Shown here in pieces: positions 36,149 to 38,838 of a DNA stretch of 38,838 nt (position 1 is the first letter of the stretch; every line of letters starts with the position of its first letter). A program made the translations under genes and the position numbers. The DNA is from Bigelowiella natans CCMP2755 (taxonomy: Eukaryota; Protista; Cercozoa): assembly GCA_000320545.1 (NCBI GenBank), contig ADNK01002937.1:1-38838 (forward strand), read 5' to 3'. The notes under the pieces are model-generated. The model did no database searches, was not told the DNA's origin, and worked only from the letters and a program-made list of their open reading frames with translations.

Positions 36149-38562
36149 TATACTATCGATCATCCAAAGGAAAGAGAAAGTATGATCGCCGTGTGTACCG
36201 CTCACTCCTCAACCCCTCCCCCCCCCCCCCCTCCCCGATCAATGTCGGTCTCAGTGGAAAGTCTCCCCCGTGAAGCTGGACGCGAAGGTTCCTAAACAGG
36301 TGCAATCTCTTGTCACGAAGCTACTCGTTCTGGACCCAAAGAAGCGCCAAAGCGCCGAAAAGGTGCTCAAGACGGCCGATTTCTTCAATCAAGTTAGATC
36401 GCACTTGGGGAGGCGCCGCGGAAGAACAGCAGGTGGGTGTGCGCTTCTTGCTCTCGTTTTCTTTTTATATCTTCGCTATGATCGCGCTTCGTCTCTGTGC
36501 GATGATGTTTGTCATCTCTCTTCGTTCTGTCTGCTATACTATACGTCTCCTTTTCGCACACAACTGCCCTCCCTTGAAGAGAAGGCTGGTTGTTTAGCAC
36601 TTCACCCCCTCTCCCCTCCCCCCTTCTGCCTATTTGCGTATTGACCTATTTAGTATTTCATCATCCTCATCATCATGATCATCATTATCATCATGATTAT
36701 CTTCATCTTCATCATCATCATTCGTATATCGTCGTCACCGTCTGCAGGCCCGGAATGGGAGGAGGTCGATCTGATCACAGACAAGGAGGGGGATTTCAGC
36801 ATCGAGGGCAACATTATCATGCTACTGGAGAAGGAGGAGATCCCCGTCTCCGCCCCGAAGAAGAAGAAGAAGAAGAAGAAGAAGAAGCAACAGCGCTGTG
36901 AGCAGAAGAAGGACGACGGAGGGGAGGTGGGGGGGAGGGCAGCTCAAAAGGAGAACAATCCAACCGGCGACCACCACCACCCCCCTCCCTCCTCAGCTGT
37001 TCTTTTGGCCAGGTCGCGCCCGACGATAGAGATCTCACCCTCCAGCAGCAGCAACAGTAGCATGGAAATAGTAGAAGATGGGGACGGGGGGGGGACGAAG
37101 AGGAGGCGAAGAGGAAATGACAACTACAACACAAACAGCAGCAGCAGTACCAACACCAACACCAACAGCAATACCAACAGAACGGAAGGCTCTTCGCCGC
37201 CAAAGCGGCCATCGTCATCATCATCACCGCCATCCTCCTCGTCATCATCGCCATCATCGTCCTCGTCCCCCCTGCCCTCACAAGCAGCAGCAGCAGCAGC
37301 ATCTTCTGGGGTGTGGGGGGTGGAGCAGCGCAATATCGACTTAACGAAGCGGAGAACCCTCGTGGACTGGCTGTTGGAATTCTGTCGGGTGAGGAAGCTT
37401 TCACAAGATACGCTCTTCCTCGGCATCAGCCTTCTTGACACGTACATGACGAAGACGCCCAACCTAGACCTCTCCAAATTCCAGATGATCGGAGAGGTAC
37501 CGTGGGAATGGGGGGGGGGGAGGTAGGGGGGAGGAGGGGAGGGAGTATTCTGTTGTCATTTTGCCTCGAACGTCAATTATGTGAAATATGCACGCTATCA
37601 CCACCACCACCATCATCATTCTCATCATCATTCCCATTCTCACCAATAAGCATGGTTTGCTTCCGCGTCATCGTCGTCGTTGCCGTTGTCGGCGTGTCCT
37701 CCTCCTCCTCCTCCTACTGCTGCTGGTGGCGGTGGTAGGTTGCGGTATTCGTCGCTTCCAAGGTGGTGGATAAGAACCGACTTACTCTAGATGAGCTGGC
37801 GGATATTCCTGAGGAGTGCTACGAGGTGAGGGAGGTGCGGCACATGGAGCGCGAGCTGCTCAAGACCTGCGAGATCGGCAAGATCAACATCATCACCCCC
37901 CTCTACTTCATGCGCTGCTTCTTCGGGCTCATCCACGCCGACAGCGACTGCGGCTGCTTCCAGACGGAGTGCCTGGCCTTCTGGCTGCTGGAGATGTTCA
38001 TCACCCACTTCTCCACGAAACGGTACCGCGCCTCCACCGTGGCGCTCTCCGCCCTGACGCTCGCCCTCACGGGGCGGGCCGACGTCAACCACCCCTCGGA
38101 GATGCTGGTGGTCACGCCACCCGCTTTTCCCAAGAATGGACCTTACAGCAGCAGCAGCAGCAGCAGCAGCAGTTGGGTGGCGCTGCGGGATATAGCGACA
38201 ACCATTCAAAACAAGGCGAAGCGAGACTACAATGAATGCATACAAGGACTATACCAGACGTGGAAGACCTATGCGCGAGGGCCTAGAGGTGGGTGCTTAG
38301 TAACGTGTTACAGCGGGGGGGGGGGGGGAGGAGGCAGGATCTGTGATTGTCCCATGTGTTTGGGTGGTGTATCATGCTTGGCTGTCTCTCTCTTTTCTCT
38401 CTCCCTCCCTCCCTCTTTCTCTCTATTCTCCTCCCCTTACTACCCCTGCGAACACCTCCAAGGGGACAAATGGCAGATGTTCGCACGGCGGGAGCAGAAG
38501 GCGAGCTACCATTGGGAGAAGTACAGCAAGCCTACATACGCAACTGTTGCTGGTAGTAGTAT

Positions 38563-38593
<31 letters not shown>

Positions 38594-38838
38594 CAGTCGA
38601 ATTCGTGGAATAATTCTATGATGGCGACGGTGGCGACGCAACAACAATAACAACAACAACATCAACAAACACAGCTTTGTTGCTGCTTGTGACGTAATCA
38701 TATCGTGGACATCGTCATCTATTATCAGCTCTTCGCCTGAGGACTTGCTACAAAAACTAATGCCGAAAAAAGGTGATGAACTCCGACGACGAAGGCGTAA
38801 TGCTGCCGATATGCCTACACACCAAGAAATCAGCAAAA
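33175..38838 (+). CDS. Putative fusion of a CDK-like pseudokinase domain and an A/B-type cyclin; probably continues beyond the window
   Basis: Likely start MSSPSGRKRGR at 33175 (an in-frame ATG also exists at 32956). Kinase C-lobe exons: YLKEAWVYQMLFIMKAFHKMGRPFQNIILPQ, TPPEDLLGDTKPNPTKDLWKAALL, IYELYSGSALVRDEETDSQFAHLMRIFKFLGTPNERTWPGVTMLPHYNQQYPQ and WKVSP...LVTKLLVLDPKKRQSAEKVLKTADFF. A phase-1 intron at 36433-36747 leads into the exon carrying the cyclin box RRTLVDWLLEFCRVRKLSQDTLFLGISLLDTYM...KFQMIGE|VAVFVASKV...MERELLK...TPLYFMRCF, and later EKYSKPTYATVA. Confidence 0.8.
33586..33755. repeat. (GT)n and (TA)n microsatellites in the first intron of the CDK-cyclin gene
   Basis: Dinucleotide runs are directly visible. 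Confidence 0.95.

Noticed and set aside
15096-38838. MED12 near a CDK and cyclin as a clustered Mediator kinase module (CDK8/cyclin C)
   Set aside because: The cyclin box is A/B-like (LVDWL...TLFL) and the kinase insert is CDK1/2-like, not CDK8/CycC. Two unrelated genes lie between them, so the proximity is probably coincidental.
1-38838. CRISPR arrays, rRNA/tRNA genes, intact transposons, telomeric repeats
   Set aside because: I recognised no repeat-spacer periodicity, RNA gene signature, transposase or reverse transcriptase ORF, or telomere array. The repeats are simple microsatellites.

Overview
Gene-dense eukaryotic nuclear DNA with GT-AG introns, many packed with microsatellites. A bipartite (signal plus transit) plastid leader suggests an alga with a secondary plastid; a chlorarachniophyte is my inference, not proven. 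All gene models were spliced by eye. In order: an FAD-dependent oxidoreductase (-, runs off the left edge); a plastid-targeted membrane TPR protein (+); an intronless ORF with a mitochondrial-type leader and possible SMI1/KNR4 fold (-); an intronless GDP-mannose 3',5'-epimerase (+); an OSCA/CSC1/TMEM63 channel (-); a decayed variant histone H3 fragment (+); Mediator MED12 (-, about 12 kb); TIM21 (+); a Pro/Ala-rich unknown (-); and a gene running off the right edge that appears to fuse a catalytically dead CDK-like domain to an A/B-type cyclin (+), with E2F- and CHR-like motifs upstream. Two observations stand out. The first is the CDK-pseudokinase-cyclin fusion. The second is a 645-nt tract around the H3 relic with no TpA dinucleotide while CpG is retained, which hints at a TpA-directed, RIP-like hypermutation process. 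Most short ORFs in the supplied track are microsatellite or antisense artefacts.
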